Below, one piece after another: positions 49,251 through 58,500 of a stretch of DNA of 64,000 nucleotides. The translations under genes and the position numbers were made by a program. A model generated the notes under the pieces. It saw only the letters and a program-made list of their open reading frames with translations, searched no databases and was not told where the DNA came from. Source of the stretch: an uncultured Ignavibacteriales bacterium (GTDB lineage Bacteria > Bacteroidota > Ignavibacteria > Ignavibacteriales > Ignavibacteriaceae). The DNA is taken from positions 59,093-123,092 of the forward strand of contig CAVUOL010000075.1 of assembly GCA_963742995.1 (NCBI GenBank). Reading direction: 5' to 3'. Numbering within the stretch: position 1 is the stretch's first letter; every line of letters starts with the position of its first letter.

Positions 49251-49440
49251 CAACCTTACTTTATGTATTGAATTTCGGAATTTAGGGTTGTAGTAGCCTT
49301 TTATTTTAGATTTTTCTTTAAAAAACCCCCTCTCAACTACCCGTTTTTAAACAAAACTCGATGGTAGGCATAGTTAGGTATGGCTAAATTATTTTCTCTT
49401 TAAAAGTGGGGGGTTGAGAAGCCTTTTTCTCAAAATTGGA
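49251..49440 (+). repeat. about 185-bp non-coding dispersed repeat, copy 2
   Basis: See copy 1 (44461-44650). Same orientation. Confidence 0.85.
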
Positions 49441-49648
49441 CACTGACCCTGCAGATCCGGCAATACAATATGAAAGTAACTTAATTTTAGCACAGCAATT
49501 TTTTTCTCATACATTCGAAAATTCCATTATTCCTTTCCGAACGCATGTCCCCTTGGGAACAAATTGATTTAATCACAAATAATTTTATATTGAAGACATA
49601 AAGATTGTAGCATGTAGATTCACTGTATCCTGTTAAGAAAAATCATTC

Positions 49649-50581
49649 TTGAATAAACAACAAAAATTTATAATGGAACAAACGGGCGTTCGCATTAAAG
49701 GCATCATCTATTTATTAATTACAATTGCTGTAATTGCAGCAGGTTTTGTTTTTATCAGATTTTATCTGAACTCAGCTGAAACAGAGAAGGAGGATTATAT
49801 GGGAAAAGTTATTTCAAAAGACGGAACAGAAATAGGTTTTATAAAAAGAGGAAACGGACCGCCGCTTGTTCTTGTGCATGGCACTACGGCAGACCACTCC
49901 CGGTGGAATCCTATTATTCCATACTTTGAAAATCAGTTTACTATTTATGCAGTAGACCGGCGAGGAAGAGGTATGAGCGGTGATTCACCTGATTATAGTT
50001 TATTTAAAGATGCCGAGGACATCGCAGCGGTTGTTGAGTCAATCAATGAAGCCGTCTTTATTCTTGGTCATTCTCACGGAGCTCTTGCTTCCCTCGAGGC
50101 AGCACTTTTAACTGACAATATAAAAAGATTGATTCTTTACGAACCTCCCATTCCACTTGGAACTCCGCCTTATCCACCCGGTGTCCCTGAAAAAATGCAG
50201 GCTTTGATTGACAGCAGTAATAGTGAAGCTGCTCTCGAGGTTATGTTCAGGGAAATTGTAAAAATGCCGGATTACGAGTTTGAAAAATACCGAAAGCTCT
50301 CAGTATATAAAACAAGGATTGGGCTTGCACCAACTATACCGAGAGAGATTACAATCCATCGCACTTATTCATTCGAGCCAGCAAAATTTGCAGATCTGAA
50401 TATCCCGGTGATGCTTCTGCTGGGCGGGAACAGTCCTGACTTATTTAAAAAAGCAATTCAGGTTCTTGATGCGGCACTGCCGAACAGCACCGTTGTCGTT
50501 CTGTCGGGTCAGCAGCATATAGCCATGGATACCGATACAGAAATGTTTGTTAATGAAGTTAAAAAGTTTTTGATGGACTAG
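49649..50581 (+). CDS. alpha/beta-fold hydrolase with N-terminal TM anchor (GC-rich relative to neighbours)
   Basis: 310 aa. LVLVHGTTADHSRW, nucleophile elbow GHSHGA, C-terminal GQQHIAM. Start uncertain (TTG 49649 or ATG 49673). Confidence 0.8.
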   Translation: MNKQQKFIMEQTGVRIKGIIYLLITIAVIAAGFVFIRFYLNSAETEKEDYMGKVISKDGTEIGFIKRGNGPPLVLVHGTTADHSRWNPIIPYFENQFTIYAVDRRGRGMSGDSPDYSLFKDAEDIAAVVESINEAVFILGHSHGALASLEAALLTDNIKRLILYEPPIPLGTPPYPPGVPEKMQALIDSSNSEAALEVMFREIVKMPDYEFEKYRKLSVYKTRIGLAPTIPREITIHRTYSFEPAKFADLNIPVMLLLGGNSPDLFKKAIQVLDAALPNSTVVVLSGQQHIAMDTDTEMFVNEVKKFLMD

Positions 50582-50709
50582 AAATAGAAGTAAAAAAATT
50601 AAAGAATTCTACCATTTTGTTTTGCTGTTCTTACTGCTTTTTTAAAATTGCTTGCTTACATACTTAGTTTTTGTATGAAATAAAAGTTCATATTTTCAAA
50701 GTAATAATC

Positions 50710-50737
50710 CTGGCTGCATTTCACAGCCAGATTTTTT
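50710..50737 (+). terminator. possible rho-independent terminator
   Basis: CTGGCTG-N7-CAGCCAG followed by ATTTTTT, about 130 nt after the hydrolase stop. Confidence 0.5.
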
Positions 50738-50996
50738 CCCAATAAATTTAGAAAAATATTGTTTTAGATTGTTCTTCTTGTTTAATAAATTAAAAAGCAA
50801 GTGTCTCAACGTTTACCTGCAGACGAATATTACTTCGTCTAACCCTGGAAATACTTGTACAGGAATATTGATTCCTAGTTTAGCTTTTATTTTCTCCTGT
50901 AAATTGTTAGCATTAACCTTTTATTCCATTCGGCAGAAGTAAAAAAAAAATTTTTCTGAATCTTCTTCCATTGCGGTATTCACATTCAATACAACC

Positions 50997-51034
50997 CGAA
51001 ACTCCGTTTCGCAAAAGAGGCATTAAAACAATGA
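50997..51034. repeat. REP-like hairpin CGAAAC-TCC-GTTTCG plus conserved tail
   Basis: cgaaactccgtttcgcaaaagaggcattaaaacaatg is near-identical to 21208-21243. Confidence 0.85.
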
Positions 51035-51365
51035 GCTCGAACCGGACAACATGACAAAATATATAGCTAGTATTGTCAATAAGCCTTTCCCTTTGCAAAG
51101 GCACGGTTGGATAGGGTGTATTTAATTAAATGACATATTCTGACTATCTACAATAACTGATGAATCTTGTTTATTTAATAAAATTTGACTTATAATTCAC
51201 AGTATCCGGTTCTAGTGTGATAACAAACAAAACATCCTTTTATTTTATTCCTTAATATGCATTTGAAAAAAATAATAGTACTCTCCTGCTCCTGCATATA
51301 CTTTCACTTCGTTAAATTTAAATATAGGACATAAAGACTTTGGCAATAATAATAAAGCAACAGTT

Positions 51366-51707
51366 ATGTCCTTTGATGGTTCTAATTGGAACAATGTTGG
51401 CAAACCTGGCTTTTCTGCAGGTCCGGCAGATTATATCTCCCTTTCTGTTTATGATGGAAATCCTTATGTAGCCTATAGAGATGCCGGAAATAATGGTAAG
51501 GTTTCTGTAATGATGTATAATGGTTCGGAATGGAATAATATAGGCAAACCCGGTTTCTCTGCAGGAACTGCTTACTATACATCTCTTTATGTTTATAATG
51601 GTATCCCCTATGTCGTTTATGAGGATTTTGTAAGTAGTAATAAAGCAACTGTTCTAAGTTTCTCCGGTTTGCTGCCCAAGCCTCACAACCGGATATCGGG
51701 CGAATAA
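51366..51707 (+). pseudogene. remnant of a repeat-containing surface-protein gene
   Basis: 113 aa holding two copies of an approximately 50-aa repeat (GS.WNN.GKPGFSAG.A.Y.SL.VY.G.PYV.Y.D....K.(S/T)V). No signal peptide. A signal-peptide-like mini-ORF (MHLKKIIVLSCSCIYF.., 51257-51334) lies upstream in another frame. Confidence 0.4.
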
Positions 51708-51862
51708 AAATAATAGTTTATGAAAGTTATTTCTTAAATGAAAACATTTTATACTCAGATTTCCATTATCATAATCCAATTTATTAATAGTGCTTCCCCC
51801 TCGCCTTAGTACATGTCCCGATTTCCATTTTTATCGGGAAGGCTGAGGTTTACCCATGTAAC

Positions 51863-51903
51863 TCGAAACTCTGTTTCGATTGTAATGCGAAACTCCGTTT
51901 CGC
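51863..51903. repeat. REP-like hairpin pair (TCGAAAC-TCT-GTTTCGA, GCGAAAC-TCC-GTTTCGC)
   Basis: Hairpins at 51863-51879 and 51887-51903, giving the same 24-nt spacing as the pair at 21184/21208. Confidence 0.85.
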
Positions 51904-52039
51904 AAAACATATTTACAAATTATCCTTTCAGATTAACCATATCATTCTATTTTCGAAATGGAATAATTCATAAAAAACCCCCAAGATTCTTACCTCAAAA
52001 AATATTAAATTGTAATTTCAATTATAAATAAGGATTACT

Positions 52040-53287
52040 ATGCAGCTTTGTATTTTTGAAGATACCAACTGCAGTTTACTTGAACCATTAACTTTTTATC
52101 GCCCTGTATATGATCTTTGTTGCGGAATGAATACTCTGCGTGACAAAATTCTTAATGCCTATCCGGATACTAAATATGCTCTGCATTGCAGACAATATCT
52201 GGAAAATTTTGTTAAAAGCAAAAATCCTGAAATCAGCATTAATCAAATAAATGATTTTGAATGTTTATTTATAAATGGAAGAATACTGGCACCGCAAAAT
52301 TTAATGGATATTATTCCTTTGAAAGGGGAGGATAAGCTTTACAAAAACGGTAATGTGGTTATCGCCGCCAGAATGTCTGGTAAGAATCTTGGAAATATTA
52401 AAAGCAAATTAACAAATCCCTTAAGTATTGCTGATTTTGATAGCTTGCAGATGGAAACAATTGAAATCCCTGTCATCGATTATATTTGGGATTTAATATA
52501 TAATAATGGGAAAGAATTAATTAATGATTGCAAATTTGACGCTAAAAATAATTTAAAAGGTAAAATTTATGACGGAGTTCATTTAGTCGAAAAAGATAAT
52601 GTATATATAGCCGAAGATACTGAAGTTAAACCCGGTGTTGTTCTTGATGCTTCAAAAGGTCCGGTATATATCGATAGGAATGTCAAAGTATTTCCTAATG
52701 CCGTTATCGAAGGTCCGGTTTATATTGGTCCCAATTCACAAATTAAAAGTCTAGCAACTATTTATGAAAACGTTAGTATCGGAGAAACATGCAAGATCGG
52801 TGGAGAAGTTGAAGATACTCTCTTTCTCCCCTTTTCAAATAAGCAGCATTCGGGATTTATCGGACACTCATATGTCGGGAGCTGGGTAAATATTGGTGCA
52901 GATACTAATTGTTCGGATTTGAAAAATAACTATGGCAGTGTTAAGGCATTTGTCAATGGAAAAGAAGTCAATACAAATGCCCAGTTCCTTGGTATTATTA
53001 TGGGAGACCATTCTAAAACTGCTATAAATACCATGTTTAATACTGGTACTACCGTCGGCTTTTCATGTAATATATTCGGGGTTGGGTTTCCTGAAAAATA
53101 TATCCCCTCCTTTTCATGGGGCGGGAGTGATTCGATGACTGCTTATAATGTTGATAAAAGCATCGAAACAGCCAAAAAGGTTTTAAAAAGAAGAAATAAA
53201 GAAATGAATGCCTCTGAAGAAAATTTGTTTCGGAAAATTTTTGATTTAACTAAAAATGAACGTATTGTAAAAGGATATCTAAATTAA
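52040..53287 (+). CDS. GlmU-like putative sugar nucleotidyltransferase (NTP_transf_4 + left-handed beta-helix)
   Basis: 415 aa. The N-terminus MQLCIFED...LEPLTFYRPVYDL resembles the FCB-group putative sugar nucleotidyl transferase family. C-terminal hexapeptide repeats (IG.N..I, IGE.C.IGG). Confidence 0.65.
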   Translation: MQLCIFEDTNCSLLEPLTFYRPVYDLCCGMNTLRDKILNAYPDTKYALHCRQYLENFVKSKNPEISINQINDFECLFINGRILAPQNLMDIIPLKGEDKLYKNGNVVIAARMSGKNLGNIKSKLTNPLSIADFDSLQMETIEIPVIDYIWDLIYNNGKELINDCKFDAKNNLKGKIYDGVHLVEKDNVYIAEDTEVKPGVVLDASKGPVYIDRNVKVFPNAVIEGPVYIGPNSQIKSLATIYENVSIGETCKIGGEVEDTLFLPFSNKQHSGFIGHSYVGSWVNIGADTNCSDLKNNYGSVKAFVNGKEVNTNAQFLGIIMGDHSKTAINTMFNTGTTVGFSCNIFGVGFPEKYIPSFSWGGSDSMTAYNVDKSIETAKKVLKRRNKEMNASEENLFRKIFDLTKNERIVKGYLN

Positions 53288-53290
53288 TAT

Positions 53291-54670
53291 ATGGAAAATA
53301 TTGAAGAAAATAAGCTGGAAGAGCATACTGTTACTGATTTATACGATGGTGTTAGAGGTCTCGCTGTAAAAATTCTTAATAGGGTCGAAAGAACCGATGC
53401 TTATTTAGAGAAATTATTAGATAATGAAATGCGTAATGCGGAACTAATTAGCGCTGATAAAGCTCTGCTCTATGAAATTGTTCATGGTGTGGTTAGATGG
53501 ATGGGAAGACTCGATTGGGTCCTAAATGGCTTTTATAAAGGACAATTCTCTAAAGCAATTCCAAATTTAAAAAACGGCTTGCGGGTTGCTCTCTATCAAA
53601 TTCTATTCTTAGATAGAGTTCCCGATTTTGCTGCCGTCAATGAAGCCGTTGAATTTGTTAAAAAACTTCAAGGACAAAAACCTGCCGACCTTACTAATGC
53701 AATTCTTAGAAATATTATTAGAAACAAAAATGGTATTAGATACCCGGATCCTAATGAAGACCTCCCCGGTTATTTAAGCGCTTTTTATTCTCACCCCTCC
53801 TGGATGGTAAAAAGATATTTGAATCGATTTGGTAGAGAAGAAACTGAAAAATTACTCCTTGCAAATAATGAAAAACCGTTCTTGACTTTAAAAGTAAATA
53901 CGATAAAGGTTAGCCCTGAAGAATTTAAATCCCTTTTGGACTCTGTAAATTTAAAGTATATATCCGGAAAGTATCTACCCGAATTTTTTAAACTAATGAA
54001 CCTTACTAATATTACTGCGTGGGAATTTTATCAAAAAGGGTATTTTAATATTCAAGATGAAAGCGCCGGCCTGGCATGTAGGCTTTTAGCTCCTGAACCC
54101 GGTATGCGCGTGCTCGATTTGTTTTCAGCTCCGGGTGGAAAATCAGTCTATATCGCCAGCCTTATGAATGACCATGGAGAAATTGTTGCCGTCGATAAAT
54201 ATGAAGGCAGACTAAAATTAGTCCAAAAAAACATAACTCGTTTGGGATTTAAATCAATTAGAACCATCACTAATGATGCAATGGAATTTAATTCCGGACT
54301 CTTTGATAGAGTGCTGGCTGATGTTCCTTGCTCCGGCTCGGGAACTATATCAAAAAAACCTGACATAAAATGGAAAAAGGATCTTCTTGATATTAAATCA
54401 ATGAATGATATCCAGTTTAAGTATTTGGAAAAGGCTTCCCTTTTAGTAAAAGTAAATGGGACTCTTGTGTATTCTACCTGCTCCATTGAGCCGGAAGAGA
54501 ATTTTGATATTATTAAAAAATTTTTAGCAAAGAATGAAAACTTTCAACTGATTAATGCCGGTCAAAGTTTCCCCCATGAACTAATTGATGAAAATGGATG
54601 TATCCAGACCTTACCGCATATCCATCATATGGATGGTGCCTTTGCCGCTAAATTAATTAAAATAAATTAA
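53291..54670 (+). CDS. rsmB: 16S rRNA (cytosine-C5)-methyltransferase RsmB/Sun
   Basis: 459 aa. N-terminal NusB-like domain, SAM motif DLFSAPGGKS, catalytic DVPCSGSG and YSTCS cysteines. Confidence 0.85.
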   Translation: MENIEENKLEEHTVTDLYDGVRGLAVKILNRVERTDAYLEKLLDNEMRNAELISADKALLYEIVHGVVRWMGRLDWVLNGFYKGQFSKAIPNLKNGLRVALYQILFLDRVPDFAAVNEAVEFVKKLQGQKPADLTNAILRNIIRNKNGIRYPDPNEDLPGYLSAFYSHPSWMVKRYLNRFGREETEKLLLANNEKPFLTLKVNTIKVSPEEFKSLLDSVNLKYISGKYLPEFFKLMNLTNITAWEFYQKGYFNIQDESAGLACRLLAPEPGMRVLDLFSAPGGKSVYIASLMNDHGEIVAVDKYEGRLKLVQKNITRLGFKSIRTITNDAMEFNSGLFDRVLADVPCSGSGTISKKPDIKWKKDLLDIKSMNDIQFKYLEKASLLVKVNGTLVYSTCSIEPEENFDIIKKFLAKNENFQLINAGQSFPHELIDENGCIQTLPHIHHMDGAFAAKLIKIN

Positions 54671-54704
54671 ATACTTAGAATTCATTTATTAAAGATAGAA
54701 CTTT

Positions 54705-55571
54705 ATGATGTTTGATAAATTGGCAGAAGAGCTAAAAAAAGCTAGAGAAAATAATAAATTAACTATTCAGCAGCTTTCTTCTATTACTCGTATTGATTTA
54801 AAATTTATTGAAGCTATGGAATTTGGCGACTTTTCTTTTTTACCGGAAGTATATGTTAAGGCCTTCACCAAACAATATGCTAAAGCCGTTAATCTGGATG
54901 AAAATATTATTATTAAAAAATATGAAGCTGCCAAAAAGGGTATCCCTTATGAGGATGAAGATACTCAAAGGAATTATACGAAAAAACCAATTGAATTGGC
55001 AAAAGAGGGAAAAACTGAAGTCCCCTCTGATGCTCCCCCTCCTCCCCCTGTTTATAATGCAGTCAAATCTCCTGTAGTTAATCCTGCTGATCTTCCAAAT
55101 AACAATAAAAAAATTGTCCTGAGTAGTGTACTGGTTGGTGTTATAGCTCTTTTTGCAATTATTTATTTCTTTTTCCTGCGGCAGTCTCATGAAATTATTG
55201 TACCCGAAAAACCTCTCGATGAAGTAATCAAAGAAAATAAACAAAGGTATATTCAAAATGAGAAGGCAGATCCTACCGCCAATGAATCTAATATGTCTGA
55301 TAGCTTGAGTTTAACCATAGTTTCAAATGATACTTCCTGGATTAAAATCATTGTAGATGATAAAAAAGTGGATGATTTTATCTTATTTCCACATTCTCAA
55401 AAAAATGTTGCTGCTGAAAATAACTATAAAATCACTTTCGGAAATTCCGGTGGTATTATACTGAACCTCAATAAAAAACCCCTGAATTTTGAAGGTAAAA
55501 AAGGTAAAATTAAATATGTGTTAATTAATAAAAATGGTCTTGAATATTTAACTAATCCGCCTTCTCTGTAA
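54705..55571 (+). CDS. RodZ-like HTH / DUF4115 membrane protein
   Basis: 288 aa. N-terminal Xre-type HTH (LTIQQLSSITRIDLKFIEAME), Pro-rich linker, one TM helix, C-terminal beta domain (..ITFGNSGGIILNLN..). Confidence 0.6.
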   Translation: MMFDKLAEELKKARENNKLTIQQLSSITRIDLKFIEAMEFGDFSFLPEVYVKAFTKQYAKAVNLDENIIIKKYEAAKKGIPYEDEDTQRNYTKKPIELAKEGKTEVPSDAPPPPPVYNAVKSPVVNPADLPNNNKKIVLSSVLVGVIALFAIIYFFFLRQSHEIIVPEKPLDEVIKENKQRYIQNEKADPTANESNMSDSLSLTIVSNDTSWIKIIVDDKKVDDFILFPHSQKNVAAENNYKITFGNSGGIILNLNKKPLNFEGKKGKIKYVLINKNGLEYLTNPPSL

Positions 55572-55582
55572 AGGCTCGTTCT

Positions 55583-57601
55583 ATGGATATTGAAAAAAAA
55601 ATTGAAAATCTTCGTGACAAAATTAGGGAATATGATTACAAATATTATGTCCTGGCAGAACCTTCTATTAGTGATGAGGAATATGATAAGCTTATTAAAG
55701 AACTTGAAAGACTTGAAAAAGAAAATCCAGGCTTCATTACTCCCGATTCTCCTACTCAGCGTGTCGGCAAAGACTTAACAAAAGTTTTTAACCCCGTTGA
55801 ACATAAAATACCTATGCTTAGTTTGGCTAATACTTATAATGAAGAAGAACTTTTTGATTTTGATAGACGTGTTAGAGAGGCTCTGCCTGAAAATGAGAAG
55901 GTTGAATATGTGGTTGAATTAAAAATTGATGGTGCTTCGGTTAGTCTCCATTATTTAAATGGCTATCTACATACTGCCGCTACAAGAGGGGATGGATTTG
56001 TTGGTGAGGAAGTCACTACTAATGTTAAGACTATTAAGGCTGTACCACTTAAATTTAAAAAACTTAGTTCTATCCCTTTCTCTTTAAATGATATTGAAGT
56101 TCGCGGTGAAATTTTTATGAATATTGAAGATTTTTTGAATCTCAATAAAGAAAGGGAAGCTAAAGGTGAAAAACTTTTTGCTAACCCAAGAAATTCTGCT
56201 GCGGGTACTTTGAAAATGCAGGACCCTAAAATAGTTGCTAAGCGTCCCTTAAATATTTTTGTTTATACTTTAATTTCTCCTGAAGATAATCTTGTCTCGC
56301 AGCATGAAAATCTTCAAATATTAAAAAAACTTGGTTTTAGAGTTAACACCGAAGTAAAATTGTGTCCAGGCATAAACGAAGCTTTGGAAATATGTCATAA
56401 ATTAGAAGAGAAAAGAGAATCTTTGGGTTATGAAATTGATGGAGCGGTTATTAAAGTTAATTCTCTTGAGCATCAAACCATTCTTGGTAATATTGCAAAA
56501 TCTCCCCGCTGGGCTGTAGCTTATAAATTTAAAGCGCGGCAGGCTTTTACTCGAATAAATAAAATAATTTGGCAGGTTGGTAGAATAGGCACTATTACTC
56601 CTGTAGCTGATTTAGAACCCGTTTTTTTATCAGGTTCTACTATTAGCAGGGCAACTCTCCATAATTTTGATGAAATAAAAAGAAAAGATATTCGGGAGGG
56701 TGATAAGGTTATAATTGAAAAAGGTGGTGATGTAATACCTAAAGTTGTTGCTGTTATTTTAAGTGAAAGAAATAAAAACAGCAAATCCCCGAAACCTCCT
56801 GAATTTTGCCCGGTTTGCGGCTCTTCTTTATTTAAACCCGAAGAGGAAGTCGCCTATTATTGTGAAAATTCTGAATGCCCGGCTCAGGTAAAAGGAAGAA
56901 TTGAACATTTTGCTTATCGCGGCGCTATGGATATTGAAGGGTTGGGTGAGGCATTAATAAATCTTTTTGTTGAAAGAGGATTTATAAAAACTTATGCCGA
57001 TGTCTATGATTTGAAAGATAAACGTGATGAATTAATAAATATTGAAAGATTAGGTCCTAAAAGTGTAAATAATTTGTTAAATTCAATTGAAAAAAGCAAA
57101 AAGCAGCCTTTCGATAGAGTCTTATTTGCCCTTGGTATTAGATATGTCGGGGCTGGTGCTGCAAAAAAATTAGCTAATCATTTTTCTGATATTAATACTT
57201 TGATAAAGGCATCCGAAGAAGAAATCTCCTCTGTGCATGAAATAGGACCGAGTATTAGTAGAAGTGTAAAAAAATTCTTTTCTAATAAAAATAATATTCA
57301 TATAATTGAACGGTTAAAGAAAAACGGTTTGCAGTTTTCCGGCACAATTAAAATTAAAAAAAATACTCCTCTTTCAGGTAAAACTTTTGTACTAACCGGT
57401 TCTTTATCGGAATTTTCTCGTGGACAAGCATCTGAAAAAATCTCTTATCTGGGCGGAAAGGTTACTTCTAGTATCAGTAAAAATACAGATTTTGTTTTAG
57501 TTGGCGAAAATCCGGGCTCAAAACTTAAAAAAGCAGAAAGTTTAGGCGTAAAAACGATTAATGAAAAAGAATTTATTAAATTGCTAAATGAATTTGAGTA
57601 A
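55583..57601 (+). CDS. ligA: NAD-dependent DNA ligase
   Basis: 672 aa. Adenylation motif ELKIDG, four-Cys zinc finger (CPVCGS...C.N..CPAQ), HhH repeats, C-terminal BRCT (GKTFVLTGSL). Confidence 0.97.
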   Translation: MDIEKKIENLRDKIREYDYKYYVLAEPSISDEEYDKLIKELERLEKENPGFITPDSPTQRVGKDLTKVFNPVEHKIPMLSLANTYNEEELFDFDRRVREALPENEKVEYVVELKIDGASVSLHYLNGYLHTAATRGDGFVGEEVTTNVKTIKAVPLKFKKLSSIPFSLNDIEVRGEIFMNIEDFLNLNKEREAKGEKLFANPRNSAAGTLKMQDPKIVAKRPLNIFVYTLISPEDNLVSQHENLQILKKLGFRVNTEVKLCPGINEALEICHKLEEKRESLGYEIDGAVIKVNSLEHQTILGNIAKSPRWAVAYKFKARQAFTRINKIIWQVGRIGTITPVADLEPVFLSGSTISRATLHNFDEIKRKDIREGDKVIIEKGGDVIPKVVAVILSERNKNSKSPKPPEFCPVCGSSLFKPEEEVAYYCENSECPAQVKGRIEHFAYRGAMDIEGLGEALINLFVERGFIKTYADVYDLKDKRDELINIERLGPKSVNNLLNSIEKSKKQPFDRVLFALGIRYVGAGAAKKLANHFSDINTLIKASEEEISSVHEIGPSISRSVKKFFSNKNNIHIIERLKKNGLQFSGTIKIKKNTPLSGKTFVLTGSLSEFSRGQASEKISYLGGKVTSSISKNTDFVLVGENPGSKLKKAESLGVKTINEKEFIKLLNEFE

Positions 57602-57604
57602 ATT

Positions 57605-58141
57605 ATGCTTGATTTAATTAAAGACAAAATAGCACATACCGTTGTCGATTGGAAATTAAAAGACAAAAAGAATAAAAATCAAACTTTCACCGAGTTTGTT
57701 AAAAGATCCTTTAACTTCTTAATTTTAATGCCTCAGAATGACGCTGATTTTGCTCACTCCATCCAGGTGCTGTATTTCTTAGAAGATAATAAAAAACATG
57801 CCTCTGCATTAACCTATGATTTCAGAGTTAGCCTCATGCCTTTAAGGTTCAGAACCAGGGTTGTTGAACATACTCTGGCAGATGCTAATGTTTTAAAGCT
57901 GCCTTCAAACAAAATTATTTCCAAACTAAATGGAATGATGTTTCAAGTTGTTTTAGATCTAAATAGAAAAGAAAATTTGTTTTATAGCTATATTTCCTCC
58001 GTACTAGATGTACCCATTAGGGTGGGTTTTGATAAACCAAATTCAGATTTGTATTATAATGTGCAAATTAGAGATACTGAATCGGAAGCGGAAATCTCTT
58101 ATAAGAATTTTCTGGAATGCCTTAAAATTTTTCAAGGTTGA
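57605..58141 (+). CDS. hypothetical protein
   Basis: 178-aa ORF starting 4 nt after the ligA stop. No motif recognised. Confidence 0.45.
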   Translation: MLDLIKDKIAHTVVDWKLKDKKNKNQTFTEFVKRSFNFLILMPQNDADFAHSIQVLYFLEDNKKHASALTYDFRVSLMPLRFRTRVVEHTLADANVLKLPSNKIISKLNGMMFQVVLDLNRKENLFYSYISSVLDVPIRVGFDKPNSDLYYNVQIRDTESEAEISYKNFLECLKIFQG

Positions 58142-58143
58142 AA

Positions 58144-58491
58144 ATGAATTTCGAAATTAAAAAAATTGATAGTATTACAATTTTTAAATTGAATGAAAAA
58201 AGATTGGATACTAGTATCTCCGGTTTAGTCAAAGGCGAATTTACTCTCCTTTTAAAGGTTGAAGAAAATAAAAAACTTATTCTTGACATGAGTGAAGTTG
58301 AAACTTGCGATAGCAGTGGGCTTAGTGCTATATTAGTCGCAAATCGTATATTGCACTCCACTGGAGGTAGTATGAGAATCGCCGCTCCTTCTGAAAAAGT
58401 TTATTCTCTAATAAAAATTACACAGCTCGATCGTGTCCTGCCTGTTTGTGATACCGTAAACGAAGCTTTCGATGAATTGAAAAAAGAATAG
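58144..58491 (+). CDS. STAS-domain anti-sigma-factor antagonist (SpoIIAA-like)
   Basis: About 115 aa. ..ILDMSEVETCDSSGLSAILVA.. contains the conserved phosphorylatable Ser context (DSSGL). ATG at 58144 preferred over the TTG at 58138. Confidence 0.75.
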   Translation: MNFEIKKIDSITIFKLNEKRLDTSISGLVKGEFTLLLKVEENKKLILDMSEVETCDSSGLSAILVANRILHSTGGSMRIAAPSEKVYSLIKITQLDRVLPVCDTVNEAFDELKKE

Positions 58492-58500
58492 AGAAGTTAT

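Noticed and set aside
51185-51196. TTGACT immediately followed by TATAAT
   Set aside because: The two hexamers abut with no 17-bp spacing, so together they cannot be a sigma-70 promoter.
50913-52031. ORFs 50913..51104 (-), 51382..51648 (-) and 51813..52031 (+)
   Set aside because: They run through REP-like hairpins or antisense to the repeat-protein remnant. They have no RBS context or motifs.
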